From positions 3,286,001 through 3,350,000 of the forward strand of contig CM059432.1 in the NCBI GenBank assembly GCA_030390025.1: DNA of 64,000 bases, written 5' to 3'. Both the position numbers and the translations under genes were made by a program. Positions within the stretch are counted from its first letter, which is position 1. Each line of letters starts with the position of its first letter. Source of the stretch: Squalus acanthias. Its lineage: Eukaryota. A model generated the notes under the pieces. The model saw nothing but the letters and a program-made list of their open reading frames with translations, was not told where the DNA came from and searched no databases. Below, one piece after another: positions 1 to 12,379 of this stretch.

Positions 1-164
1 ACCTGAAACGTTAACTCTCTCTCTCTCTCTCTCTACTGATGCTGCCTGACCTGCTGAGTATTTCCAGCATTTTCTGGTTTTAAGTTCACCTTAAATCTGT
101 TCCCTCTTGTTATATACTTTTTTTTAAATTAAAAAAAGCCCAATCTTGGTTTTGCAAAGCATAC

Positions 165-430
165 ACGGTGGCATAGTGGTTAGCACTGGTGCCTCACAGC
201 GCCAGGGACCCGGGTTCGAATCTGGCCTCGGGTGACTGTCTGTGGGGAGTTTGCACATTCTCCCCGTGTCTGCGTGGGTTTCCTCCGGGTGCTCCGGTTT
301 CCTCCCACAGTCCAAAAATGTGCGGGTTAGGTTGATTTGGCTATGATAAATTGACCCTTAGTATTAGGGGGGAATTAAATACGTGGGGTTACGGGGATAG
401 GGTGGGATATGTGTCGGTGCAGGCTCGATG
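165..430 (+). mobile_element. V-SINE (HE1-like) tRNA-derived SINE
   Basis: A box GGTGGCATAGTGG, B box GGTTCGAATC, and V-domain GTTTGCACATTCTCCCCGTGTCTGCGTGGGTTTCCTCCGGGTGCTCCGGTTTCCTCCCACA. Confidence 0.85.
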
Positions 431-1887
431 GGGATTCTGTGTGAGAAAGCAGGGACAGGGTACTGGATTTGGATGATCAGCCATGATCGTATTGAATGGT
501 GGAGCAGGCTCGACGGGCCGAATGGCCTACTCCTGCTCCTAGTTTCTATGTTTCTATACATTTTTTTTTATTATATAAAAAGGATTTGTACTGACAGTGT
601 ACAGGTTTTTTTTTTAACCCAAACAACCGTCTGGTGACACTCGCTTCACACGGAACGCCTCACCGACCTGAAATATCATTGATCGCAGCAAATGTGTGAA
701 TAGACTGTTTCAAACCAATACATGCCGATTAACACCTTTCACAAAGTACTCTGTTCAAATATAAATATAGATTTGCGGCAAAAAAAAGATCGAGAACGAC
801 AAGAGGCATCGAGAGCGATGGGGGATGTCCAGCAAATTGTTTTACAAACACCACCGCAGTTTCCATCGAATCGCACGGCACAGCAGGAGGCCATTCGGCC
901 CATCGTGCCTGTGCCGGCTCTTTGAACAAGCTCTCCAATTAGTCCCACTCCCCCACCCCCTGCTCTTTCCCCACAGCCCTGCAATTTCCCCTGCCCGCCG
1001 CCCCACATCCCTTCGAAATATTTCTCCAATTCCCCTTGTGAAAGTCTCTATTGAATCTGCTTCCACCGCCCTTTCAGGCAGCGCGTTCCAGATCACAACA
1101 ACTCGCTGTGTTAAAAAAAAAAATTCTCCTCCTCTCCACTTTGGTTCTTTTACCAATTACATTAAATCTGTGCTCGTCTGCCAGTGGAAACAGTTTCTCC
1201 TTATTTACTCCATCAAAACCCCTCATGATTTTGAACACCTCTATAGACTCTCCTCTTAACCTTCTCTGCTCCAAGGAGAACAACCCCAGCTTCTCCAGTC
1301 TCTCCACCACGTAACTGAAGTGCCTCATCCCCGGCACCATTCTAGTAAATCTCCTCCGCACCCTCTCCAAGGCATTCAAATCCTTCCTAAAGTGCGGTGC
1401 CCAGAATTGGACACAATACTCCAGCTGGGGCCTAACCAGTGATTTGTAAATGAGGACAAGAGAAATCATGTACTTCTCTGCGCAACTTTCCGGACTGGGA
1501 AAGACACTGCAGTCTATCTGCCTCAAGTCTCAAGAGCGTGTACAGATTATATAAATACAACCTGGGGAATGACATCTACCATCTGATCTAACAATTGAGA
1601 TCTAAGCCAGTAAAGGGATACAGACTAAGACTTTGTTATTGATCTCAACCATTATTCCTGCAATTCAGTAAGCTTACGTAGGACATGGGAGATTAAGGGG
1701 ACAGGGGTTTAGGCTTTTAAGATTGAACATCACTTTGTTCCGAAGTGCAGGGATATTTCTGCTCAAAAAAGGGAAAGTTAAACATTTTTAACGTAAACAG
1801 TATTTCACAAGATGAAAGAGTCATCAAAAAAAGAAACAGAAGCGACTCTCGGTAACAGTTCCACCCTCTTCACTTGTGCAATAAATT

Positions 1888-2646
1888 CTGGGGGGGGAAT
1901 TAGCCTCGGACGGCGGCGCAAACCGGGCGGGAACGGACCAGCCAGCCGTTTATACGCAGCGCCCGATATCCAGTTCCACTGCAGTCAATGGAATTAAATA
2001 TCAGGCGCCACGCACAAGAACATAAGAATTAGGAGCACAAAGTAGGAGGTTGTTTCCCCCTGGCTGGAGAGTCTAGAACCAGAGGTCATAGTCTCAGGAT
2101 AAGGGGTCGGCCATTTAGGACTGAGATGAGGAGAAATTTCTTCACTCAGAGGGTTGTGAATCTTTGGAATTCTCTGCCCCAGAGGGCTGTGGAGGCCCAG
2201 TCGTTGAGTATATTCAAGACCGAGATCGATAGATTTTTGGACTCTCGGGGAATCGAGGGATATGGGGATTGGGCGGGAATGTGGAGATGAGGTCGAAGAT
2301 CAGCCATGATCTTATTGAATGGCGGAGCAGGCTCGAGGGGCTGAATGGCTGACTCCTGCTCCTAAATTCTTATGTTCTTATACGGCCGAATTCCCATATC
2401 CCTTGATTCCCTTAATATTCAGAAATCTATCAATCTCTGTCTTGAATATACTCAATGACTGAGCCTCCACAGCCCTCTGGGGTAGAGAATTCCAGAGATT
2501 CACCACCCTCTGAGTGAAGAAATTTCTCCTCATCTCAGTCCTCAATGGCCGACCCCTTATTCTGAGATGTGACCCCTGGTTCTATAACGGGCGGCCGATC
2601 TGATTGCGCCCGTTTTGCGCCATCGTCCAAGGTGAATTTCGAGGCC
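1888..2646. mobile_element. Palindromic MITE interrupted by two oppositely oriented CR1 3' fragments (about 2014-2585)
   Basis: The left end GGACGGCGGCGCAAAACCGGGCG is complementary to the right end GCGCCCGTTTTGCGCCATCGTCC, with CR1 tail sequence in between. Confidence 0.55.
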
Positions 2647-3884
2647 TTGTATTCTTCAGCAACTTAATGAAAAAAAACAGTACCCCATATTAAATTAGAA
2701 CAGAGATCATAGCGACATCAGGCTGAAACCTCTTCGGACTGTAGCGATTACGGCACCAGCCGAATCTGGTTAGTAGCAGGCAAGGATTCATTCTTCAGAA
2801 TTGAGACACAACTTAGGGAATGTCCGACAACAACGACAAAAGACGTTGCGGACCGACTTGCACAGGAACAGGAGAAGGCCATTCGGCCCCCGGAGCCTGT
2901 TCCGCCATTCAACGATCCCCAAGGAGCGATTATCAAATAAAAGCGGCCCCGAGCCACATAAGGAGAGCAGGGCGGGTGACCAAAATCTTGGTCAAAGAGG
3001 TCGGTTTTAAGGAGCGTCTTAAAAATGTGGAGAGAGAGAGAGGTGGAGAGGCGGAGAGGTTTAGGGAGGGAATTCCAGAGCTTAGGGCCCAGGCAGCTGA
3101 AGGCACGGCCGCCAATGGTGGAGCGAATGCTGAAGAGGTCAGAGTTGGAGGAGCGTAGAGATCTCAAGAGATCCACTGGCTGGCAAGTTATTTTAATTGA
3201 AACAAGCTCTATGGAATTGCTGGGGTGCAGGTTTATTCTGTTCTTGCTTGTTTCGCAGTGTGGTCGACATAACTTTTGCAGGTCACTCGACGGTCATGTG
3301 GCCTCAACAAATTGATAAAATTGGAACAATCTACAGGCGGCCAGAAAATTCATCAGCAGAATAGAAATGAAAGCAGAGAAATGTATTCAGCCCCTTGTGT
3401 CTGTACTACTCTACCAAGTGGAGCTTTCTACTGTAATCCCATTTCCTTTATCCCCGTTTATATTCTTCCTTTTCAGATACTTATCCAATTGCTTTTTACA
3501 GCCAGACTCTGGCTCAGTAGCCACTAGGTAACGAGTTCCCATGTTCTCAACACAGAAAAACACTCTCGACTTCTCTCTTCATTCCACTAGTGATAATCCG
3601 GAGTTTATCCCACTTGTTATCAGTTTGTCGAGCATTGTGAACAATCTTTCACTTTCTACCCCCTCAAAACCTTCCTTAAATCTTGAAAACATAATCCACT
3701 TCTGGCTATGGAACTAGTGTACAATAGATTCTAGACATGACGGAAATCCATCCTACTTCTGCCTGAGGAGGGAGGAGAGGGGGAAGGAGGGGGAAGGGGG
3801 GGGAGAGAGGAAAGGGGGGAAAGGGGAGAGAGGAAAGGGGGGAAGGGGAGAGAGGGAGAGAGGGGGAGAGGAGAGAGGGAGAGG

Positions 3885-4384
3885 NNNNNNNNNNNNNNNN
3901 NNNNNNNNNNNNNNNNNNNNNNNNNNNNNNNNNNNNNNNNNNNNNNNNNNNNNNNNNNNNNNNNNNNNNNNNNNNNNNNNNNNNNNNNNNNNNNNNNNNN
4001 NNNNNNNNNNNNNNNNNNNNNNNNNNNNNNNNNNNNNNNNNNNNNNNNNNNNNNNNNNNNNNNNNNNNNNNNNNNNNNNNNNNNNNNNNNNNNNNNNNNN
4101 NNNNNNNNNNNNNNNNNNNNNNNNNNNNNNNNNNNNNNNNNNNNNNNNNNNNNNNNNNNNNNNNNNNNNNNNNNNNNNNNNNNNNNNNNNNNNNNNNNNN
4201 NNNNNNNNNNNNNNNNNNNNNNNNNNNNNNNNNNNNNNNNNNNNNNNNNNNNNNNNNNNNNNNNNNNNNNNNNNNNNNNNNNNNNNNNNNNNNNNNNNNN
4301 NNNNNNNNNNNNNNNNNNNNNNNNNNNNNNNNNNNNNNNNNNNNNNNNNNNNNNNNNNNNNNNNNNNNNNNNNNNNNNNNNNNN
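3885..4384. other. Assembly gap (500 N), preceded by a purine-only low-complexity tract at about 3765-3884
   Basis: Run of N. Confidence 1.
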
Positions 4385-4644
4385 GTACATTCTATCGGTA
4401 CGTATCTACCCGGTCAAGGTAGGATCTAATGATGCACTACCAGTGAAAAGAACATGGTCCTCTTCAAAGCCACTTTCAAGATGATTGGCTTTGCGATCCT
4501 TTAGGCTGCAGAACCACATTTCAGGCTCAGTATCTAATCTACTTATTTGGTATTTGCTCTTCCGCTTTGGTTTTTTAAATATTTAATTGGGGGGGAAAAA
4601 TCTCATGGAAAATACCATTGGTCAGAGGCACAGAATTACATAGA

Positions 4645-4911
4645 CCCCGACTTTAACTCCGGGTGGATTCCCCGCTCAGGCCTGAGTTAGAATTACAGTC
4701 GGGTCTCAATAATGTCATCGGGCCGCAACACGCCTGTGTAAAGAAGGACCCCCGTTGGCTCCGGGCGGGTGTCCTCGCCGCCTGCTCAGGAGAGTCGGTT
4801 AAAATCGCAGATGTCGCGATCGTGGCGGCTTTCGGACAGGTGAGAGCCCGGGGCGATTTTAACTGCCCGCCCGCCAGGTTTCTGCTGAGCGAGTCGGGTT
4901 AAAATTGCCCC
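4645..4911. mobile_element. Palindromic MITE-like element
   Basis: GC-rich, with recurring inverted GATTTTAAC/GTTAAAAT motifs; ends in GTTAAAATTGCCCC. Confidence 0.45.
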
Positions 4912-6179
4912 CATAGTGTCTACAGCACAGAAACAGGCCATTCGGCCCGACTGCTCCATGCCGGTGTTTATGCTCCACACGAGCCTCCTCCCACCCCTCT
5001 TCATCTCACTCTATCAGCATAACCTTCATTCCCTTCTCCCTCATGTGTTTATCCAGATTCCCCTTAAATGCATCGATGCTATTCGCCTCAACCACTCCCT
5101 GTGCTAGCGAGTTCCACATTCTCACCGTTCCCTGAGTAAAGAAGTTTCTCCCGAATTCTTTGTTGGATTTATTAGTGACTATCTTATACTTATGGCCCTG
5201 TGAAAAATGAAAAAAAAACAGTCCTAGCAAACCTCAGCAACCTTTTCTGTGTCCTCTGGTTACCAACTCTCCAGCCACTGGGAATAGTTTCTTCCTATCT
5301 ACCCTTATCAAAACCCCATAAAATTTTGAACACCTCCATTAAATCTTCTCTGCTCTAAGGAGAACAATCCCAGCCTCTTCAGTCTCTCCACATAACTGAA
5401 GTCCCTCATCCCTGGTAAATCTCCTCTGCCCCTCCTTCCTAAAGCCTAGATTGATCCCTGGGAAGAGAGGGCTGTCCTATGATGAGAGATTGAGCCTATA
5501 CTATATTTAGAAGAATGAGAGGTGATCTCATTGAAACGTATAAGATTGAGGGGGATTGACAGGGTAGATGCCGAGAGGCTGTTCCCCCCTGGCTGGAGAG
5601 TCTAGAACCGGGGGTCACAGTCTCAGGATAAGGGGTCGGCCATTTAGGACTGAGATGAGGAGAAATTTCTTCACTCAGAGGGTTGTGAATCTTTGGAATT
5701 CTCTGCCCCAGAGGGCTGTGGATGCTGAGTCGTTGAGTATATTCAAGGCTGAGATCGATAGATTTTTGGTCTCTAGGGGAAATCGAGGAATATGGGGATC
5801 GGGCGGGAAAGTGGAGTTGAGGTCGATGATCAGCCATGATCTTATTGAATGGTGGAGCAGGCTCGAGGGGCTGAATGGCCGACTCCTGCTCCTAATTCTT
5901 ATGTTCTTGAAGTGCTGTGTCCAGAATTGGACGCAATACTCCAGTTGAAGCCTACCCAGCGATTTATAAAGAAAAGCTTTAGCATAACCTTTCTGGGTTT
6001 TTTTTTTTAAAGGCTCAAGTTAGTCAATGAATAAATTTGCTGATCTGCTGATTAAGATTTTAATTAAAGGTCGGTGGCAATGTAAAGCAGAAGCATTAAT
6101 CTCTGACAGCTGGTATTTATTCACCCAGAATATTTGGTAAATCAAGTGAAGGTGCGTTCTCTGCTGATGTATACAGTAC

Positions 6180-6352
6180 CTCTCTGTCAAGGCCAGCTGC
6201 TACAGTGATTATATCTCCAGTCTCATTATTGATGGTAAACATGTTTGAAGAAGGGCTGCTTGGCGTTTGAGAAAGGATCTTGTATCTCAATACGCCGTTG
6301 GACGATTTGGGATCATCAGCATCAACTGCAGTTACTGTCATTACAAACGTGC
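6180..6352 (-). CDS. cdh2: N-cadherin coding exon, exon 7 equivalent (EC2)
   Basis: (G)[57 protein letters not shown]. Acceptor ttcccgAG|GC, donor GAG|GTACTG. 173 bp; the phase matches the preceding exon. Confidence 0.96.
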
Positions 6353-6530
6353 CTCGGGAAGAAAAAGGAAAGATTAATCTCCAATATAAGGTAAACAGTT
6401 TATATAAAACTTACAGCAGGGTTTACTTTAAGACTCTTGACTTGATACATGTTATTAATATATTGTATAAACACACTTATCGTCCAATACATTAATTCTT
6501 CCACATGAAATGGAGATTAAAGCTATCATG

Positions 6531-6970
6531 TGTCAGCAGGTAGCCCCCGCGCCTCTGAGTCAGAAGGTTGTGGGTTCAAGTCCCACTCCAGAGACTTGAG
6601 CACAAAAAGCTAGGCTGACACTCCAGTGCAGTACTGAGGGAGTGCTGCACTGTCGGAGGTGCCGTCTTTTGGATGAGACGTTAAACCGAGGCCCCGTCTG
6701 CTCTCTCAGGTGGACGTAAAAGATCCCAAGAGCAGGGGGAGTTCTCCCCGGTGTCCTGGGGCCAATATTTATCCCTCAATCAACATCATTAAAACAGATT
6801 ATCTGGTCATTATCACATTGCTGTTTGTGGGAGCTTGCTGTGCGCAAATTGACAGCCGCGTTTCCTACATTACAACAGTGACTACACTTCAAAAAGTACT
6901 TCATTGGCTGTAAAGCGCTTTGGGACGTCCTGAGGTTGTGAAAAGCACTGTAGAAATGCAAGTCTTTGTT
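6531..6970 (+). mobile_element. DeuSINE (SacSINE1-like)
   Basis: Same head, core and tail as 58942-59412. Confidence 0.8.
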
Positions 6971-8019
6971 TGAAGAGTACACATTTCCTAACGAGACCAG
7001 GAATTCTCAATCTGCTGTTTTCTTATGAACCTATACCTTTGTTTGCAGACCCAAGCTGTCTCTCTACCACTGCACCCGTTGGGGATGCCATGGGGATAGT
7101 GTACAGCTCTTTCACCTCTAGTTTCTGAGTTCGATTCAATAGGAGGACTTACTCTGCCACCCAGAAGGACTCAGTTGTGGGTACTACACCTCGGGAAGGA
7201 TATATTGGCCTTGGAGGGGGAGCAGCGCAGATTCACCAGAATGATACCCGGGGATAAAAGGGTTAAATTGTCAGGAGAGGTTGCACAGACTAGAACTTGT
7301 ATTCCCTCGAGTGTAGAAAATTAAGGGGTGATCTAATCGAGGTGTTTATGATGATCGGAATAGATAGAGTCAATGGACAGAAACTATTTCCTCTGGTGGG
7401 AGAGTCCAGAACAAGGGGGCATCACCTTAAAATTAGAGCCAGGCCGTTCAGGGGGCAATTCTTCACACAAAGGGTGGTGGAAATCTGGAACACTCTCGCC
7501 CAAAAAGCTGCTGAGGGGGGGGGGGGGGGTCAATAGAAAATGTCAAAACTGAGATTGATAGATTTTTGTTGGGCGAGGGGTATTAAGGGTTACGGAACCA
7601 AGGCGGGTAGATGGAGTTAAGATACAGATCAGCCATGATCTCACTGAATGGCGGTACAGGCTGCAGGGGCTGAATGGTCTCCTCCTGGGCCTTATGTTCC
7701 TGCGCGATATTCAGCAGCCTCCACCCACTTCCTCATGTAATTACAACACAAAAGCTGGCAGAAACGTAGCACTTTTTTGGCACTACACTGTGGCTTCAAC
7801 TCAGAGCCTGGTGTTTAAAGTGAGAATACATCCGGCCGAGGCAGTGAGGGATCTTGTAGGAGTGGCACTACAACAACAACAACTTGCATTTAATAAAGCA
7901 CCTTTTAAATGTCGTGAAACATCCCAAGGCGCTTCACAGGAGCGTTATCAGACAGACCACCGAGCTACCTAGAGAGATACTAGGATAGCAAGGAGGTAGG
8001 TTTTAAGGAGTACCTTAAA

Positions 8020-8021
<2 letters not shown>

Positions 8022-8108
<87 letters not shown>
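8022..8108. repeat. (GA)n microsatellite expanded inside an L2 fragment
   Basis: Pure GA repeat. Confidence 0.98.
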
Positions 8109-8111
<3 letters not shown>

Positions 8112-8579
8112 GCGAGGCGGAGAGGTTTAGGGAGGGAATTCCAGAGCTTCGGGCCCAGGCAGCTGAAGGCACGGACGACAATGGTGGAGCGATTAAAGTC
8201 AGGGGGATGCGCAAGAGGCCAGAATTGGAGGAGAGCAGAGATCTTCGGCAGGGGGGGGCGGGGGGGGAGAAAGAGAGGGCTGTAGGGTTAGTAGAATACG
8301 CTTTACTTTCCATCTGACTAAGCTACGCCTAAAATGGGAAAATCAATCGGGTCACTGGATGGAAAAAGTGAATAAACAATCAGCATCAAAATAAAATACA
8401 GACCACCCACCCCACTGTACAGTGTGAGGAGAGAGAATCTAATAATGAGTGCTTAGAACTGTGCACCCGATGGGGGAAAATGGCCACTAGTAAGCATTTC
8501 ATTCATAGGATGTGGGCGTCGCTGGCAAGGCCGGCATTTATTGCCCATCCCTAATTGCCCTCGAGAAGGTGGTGGTGAC

Positions 8580-8855
8580 AACTGAGTGTCTTGCTAGACT
8601 ATTTCAGAGGGCAGTTAAGAGTCAACCACATTGCTGTGGGTCTAGAGTCACATATAGGGCAGACCGGGTAAGGGCATGAGTGAACCAGATGGGTTTTTAC
8701 CATTACTGATACTAGCTTTTTTATTCCAGATTTATTTAATTAAGTGAATTTAAATTCCCCAGCTGCCGTGGTGGGATTTGAACTCCCGTCTACTGGATCA
8801 TTGGTCCAGGCCTCTGGATTACTAACCGAGTGACATTACCACTACGCTGCCACAC
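8580..8855 (-). mobile_element. Third tRNA-derived SINE family
   Basis: Minus strand GGCAGCGTAGTGGTAATGTCACT..GGAGTTCAAATCCCACCACGGCAG (A and B boxes). Joined at about 8495-8580 to the same 3' end as the LINE fragments at 8985-9240. Confidence 0.65.
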
Positions 8856-9699
8856 CAGTTTCTATTCACCGTCCTACACAAGATGTTAACCAAATGAAGA
8901 AAAAAAACACTTTGGTGTTTGCAGTAGATGCAACCAGCAATTCGAACGAACGAACGAGCGAGCGGATTTTTTTCCATTCTCGAGATCTGGGTGTCGCTGG
9001 CAAGGCCAGCTGGCATTTATTGCCCATCTCTAGTTGCCCTCGAGAAGGTGGTGGTGAGCCGCCTTCTTGAACCGCTGCAGTCCGTGTGGTGAAGGTGCTC
9101 CCACAGTGCTGTTAGGGAGGGAGTTCCAGGATTTTGACCCAGCGACGATGAAGGAACGACCGATATATTTCCAAGTCAGGATGGTGTGTGACTTGGAGGG
9201 GAACTTGGAGGTGGTGGTGTTCCCATGCGCCTGCTGCCCTTGTGCAGGGAGTGAATGTTTAAGGTGGTGGATGGGGTGCCAATCAAACAATTTAATAACA
9301 TTCAATAGATGGTGAATAGAAATCTTCAGGCTTATTGATGAAAATAATCCTATGTTTCACGACAAGCAAAACAAACATGGCACATCAGGTGCAATAATAC
9401 TATTACCCGTTTGCTTTACAAAGAAAGGTCAGATACCTGTAAAATAGGCAACTAAATAGTGCAACGTCCTGGTATCTGGGATAACACAAGACTAGTTTTA
9501 CAGGGGGAAAAAAAATCAATTCACAATTAAGTCGTCAAGTTGAAAGGGGAGAATATGCCATTATGGTGCATTTGTTTGGAAGGTTTTCATACTGGATGTC
9601 TCCTTCACACAGTTTAGAGGATCACGCTTGCGATTTAAAATGCCGAAATAAAATGGCAGCATTCCGATGACTGCTGCTCCGTTCCGAGTATTACTGTCC

Positions 9700-10056
9700 T
9701 GTCCTGTCTCTGTAATCTCCTTCAGCCCCACAACCCCCGCCCCGAGATATCTGCGCTCCTCTAATTCTGCCCTCTTGAGCATCCCTGATTATAATCGCTC
9801 AACCATTGGCGGCCGTGCCTTCTGTTGCCTCGGCCATAAGCTCTGGAATTCCCTCCCTAAACCTCTCCGCCTCTCTCTCCTCCTTTTAAGACGCTGCTTA
9901 AAACCTACCTCTTTGACCAAGCTTTTGGTCACCTGCCCTAATTTATCCTTATGTGGCTCGGTGTCAAATTTGTTGTCTTAAAATACTCCGGTGAAGCGCC
10001 TTGGGACGTTTTACTACGTTAAAGGCGCTATATAAATACAAGTTGTTGTTGTTGTT
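9700..10056 (+). mobile_element. L2 LINE 3' end
   Basis: LRSS..GGRAF..LWNSLP motif and GGCGCTATATAAATACAAGTTGTTGTTG tail. Other copies at about 2920-3170, 7870-8250, 15015-16340, 36935-37240, 38170-38435, 42790-43160, 52780-53195 and 61725-62120. Confidence 0.85.
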
Positions 10057-10094
10057 TGGCGCCTGACACAATTGAGGATCTGAGCAGCGGTTAC

Positions 10095-10239
10095 CTGGCT
10101 TCGAACCCTCAGGGACAGAGCCATTCCAAACTGGATGCAGAAACTCTGGCCGGTTATCGTTCATATCAATGACATTTATAACGATGTCAATCGGATTCTC
10201 CACCTGATTTCCATTCAAGTCCACTGCATGAGCTCGTAG
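10095..10239 (-). CDS. cdh2: N-cadherin coding exon, exon 6 equivalent (EC1 HAV motif, EC1-EC2 linker)
   Basis: [48 protein letters not shown](G), with HAV and DxNDN calcium motifs. gcAG|CTA acceptor, CCAG|GTAACC donor. 145 bp. Confidence 0.97.
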
Positions 10240-11016
10240 CTGCAAGGCAATAATCACATCAACACATCATCTGAGAGCGCGCTACGGAAAACCTCAAAAA
10301 CTAACAATACTTTCAAGCACTGGGGCCACAAAGGTCATGACTTGTGGCAAAACTACCGAATAGTGCAAACCCCCCTTTATCCGGATCCTTTCTAAGGAAG
10401 TAGCTTTTCCCCAATTCAGTGCTTCAGAACAATATTTCCAACATTAAAATACGTTGCATCAGCATTTGTTGTCAAGTCTAATAACTTTTTGAATGGCAAA
10501 AAAAACAATTTTCGTCAAAAAGAAATCTAAAACTTTGCGGAAAGATATCTTAATGTGTGAAACTGTTTCGCATAGTGGCTGTAATGAGGCCCCCGACAGC
10601 CATGGATTTTATTTTGAGTAGGGTCATTTCAAAGTTGCTTCTGACGGACATAAAATCAGAGAGCAAAAGGAGGCCATTCGGCCCATCGTGCCTGTGCCGG
10701 CTCTTTGAAAGAGCTCTCCAAATTCGTCCCACTCCTCCCCTGCTCTCTCCCCATATCCCTGCAAATTTTTCCCCTTCAAGTATTTATCCAATTCCCTTTT
10801 GAAAGTTACTATTGAATCTGCTTCCTTTCAGGCAGCGCATTCCAGATCACAACAACTCGCTGCGTAAAAATAATTCTCCTCATCTCCCCTCCTGGCTTTT
10901 TTGCCAATTATTTTAAATCTGTGTCCTCTGGTTACCGACCCTCCTGCCAGTGGATACACTATCTACTCTAGCAAAACCCTCATGTTCAAATCTTATTCAA
11001 AAAATCAAAAACTTAC

Positions 11017-11172
11017 ATGGTATGAAGCTATCTGTTCCCGATCCAAAGGCTTGGTCACAGCTAACTCCCCAGAGATCGGACTAATGCTAAAAATCCCAGT
11101 AGGTGGTTGATCAGCTCCTGGTCCCGTGACACTGTAGCGTAACGAACGGTTTTTATCACGATCAGATCGGAT
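11017..11172 (-). CDS. cdh2: N-cadherin coding exon, exon 5 equivalent (EC1)
   Basis: [52 protein letters not shown], with CDH2-type rather than CDH4-type residues. ccAG|ATC acceptor, CAT|GTAAGT donor. 156 bp. Confidence 0.96.
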
Positions 11173-11224
11173 CTGGATGTCCAGAGAGAAAAAAATATAT
11201 ATTTCAGAGACATTAGTTAATAAA

Positions 11225-11660
11225 AGAACATGGATTTCTATAGCACCTTTCATTCCCTCAGGATGTCAAAACTCGCTTTACAGCCAATAAAGTACTTTTG
11301 AAGTGCAGTCACTGTTGTAATGTAGGAAACGCGCACAGCACAGCAAGCTCCCACAAACAGCAATGTGATAATGACCAGATCAGATTTGGTTGAGGGATAA
11401 ATATTGGGCAGGGCACCAGGGAGAACTCCCCTGCTCTTCTTTGAAATAGTGGCAGTGGTATCTTTCAGGGACAGCAGACAGCGCCTTGGTTTAACGTCTC
11501 AGCTGAAAGACAGCACCTCTGACAGAGCGGCGCTCCCTCAGTACTGCGCTGGGAGTGTCAGCCTAGATTTCTGTGTTCAAGTCTCTGGAGTGGGACTTGA
11601 ACCCACGACCTTCTGACTCAGAGGCGAGAAAGAGTGCTACCCACTGAGCCACGGCTGACA
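11225..11660 (-). mobile_element. DeuSINE (SacSINE1-like)
   Basis: Reverse-complement copy, ending about 50 bp from the exon 5 acceptor. Confidence 0.8.
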
Positions 11661-12194
11661 CCAATAAAAAGACATTAGTTACTATAGCAACAATACCTAC
11701 TCTGGGGTGGTTATGAGCTTATACTGCGCTACAGCACGCAGGTTAATAAATCCCTTCTGCTTGAAGGGATTGTGTGGGTATTTTTTTAATATATTAAACC
11801 CATGAATGTGAGGAGGTTTTAATTTAATGATTCATCTTGAACCAACAAGAGTGCTGAAGGTCGTCCAGAATTTTATGGGGGGGGGGGGGGGTGAAAAAAA
11901 ACAGTACATCTCTCAAAATATTTTCTGCAAACCTTGGACTGGATTTTACCTGAGGAGGCGGGACTGCCGGGAAAATGGCAGAAACTGGGAGCGGGTACCA
12001 ACCCCGCTCCCAACCCGCCTCCGTGCCATCTTTCCGGGAGGCGCAGGGACCGGTCTCCTCGAGGCGGGAAGGGGATTAGAGCCAATTAACTGCCTGTTAA
12101 CAGGTATGATGCGGAGATGCCGATGTTGGACCAGGGTGGCCAAATGTGAGAAGTCGCACAACACCAGGTTATAGTCCAACAGTTTTATTTGAAA

Positions 12195-12231
12195 TCACAA
12201 GCTTTCGGAGCGCTGCTCCTTCGTCAGGTGA
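12195..12231 (-). ncRNA. Minimal type I hammerhead ribozyme motif (family A)
   Basis: Minus strand reads TCAC-CTGACGA-A-GGAGC-AGC-GCTCC-GAAA-GC-TT-GTGA: stem I TCAC/GTGA, CUGANGA box, 5-bp stem II, GAAA box, palindromic AAGCTT stem III. Confidence 0.8.
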
Positions 12232-12342
12232 AGTGAAGAGATGTATATAGACAGAAAGATTAACTGTAGTCGTCTGACATTGTACGCTGCACAGGCATTG
12301 TTCTCTGTCTATATATGCTTTGTCGATTCGTATTCCTTCACT

Positions 12343-12379
12343 TCACCTGACGAAGGAGCAGCGCTCCGAAAGCTTGTGA
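12343..12379 (+). ncRNA. Minimal type I hammerhead ribozyme motif (family A)
   Basis: TCACCTGACGAAGGAGCAGCGCTCCGAAAGCTTGTGA; all core nucleotides present. Confidence 0.8.

Noticed and set aside
165..235. tRNA-like sequences (also the heads of the SacSINE1-like copies)
   Set aside because: They have A and B boxes but run straight into SINE cores; they are SINE heads, not tRNA genes.
3731..4390. 219-aa ORF
   Set aside because: Artefact of the N gap and the adjacent low-complexity tract.
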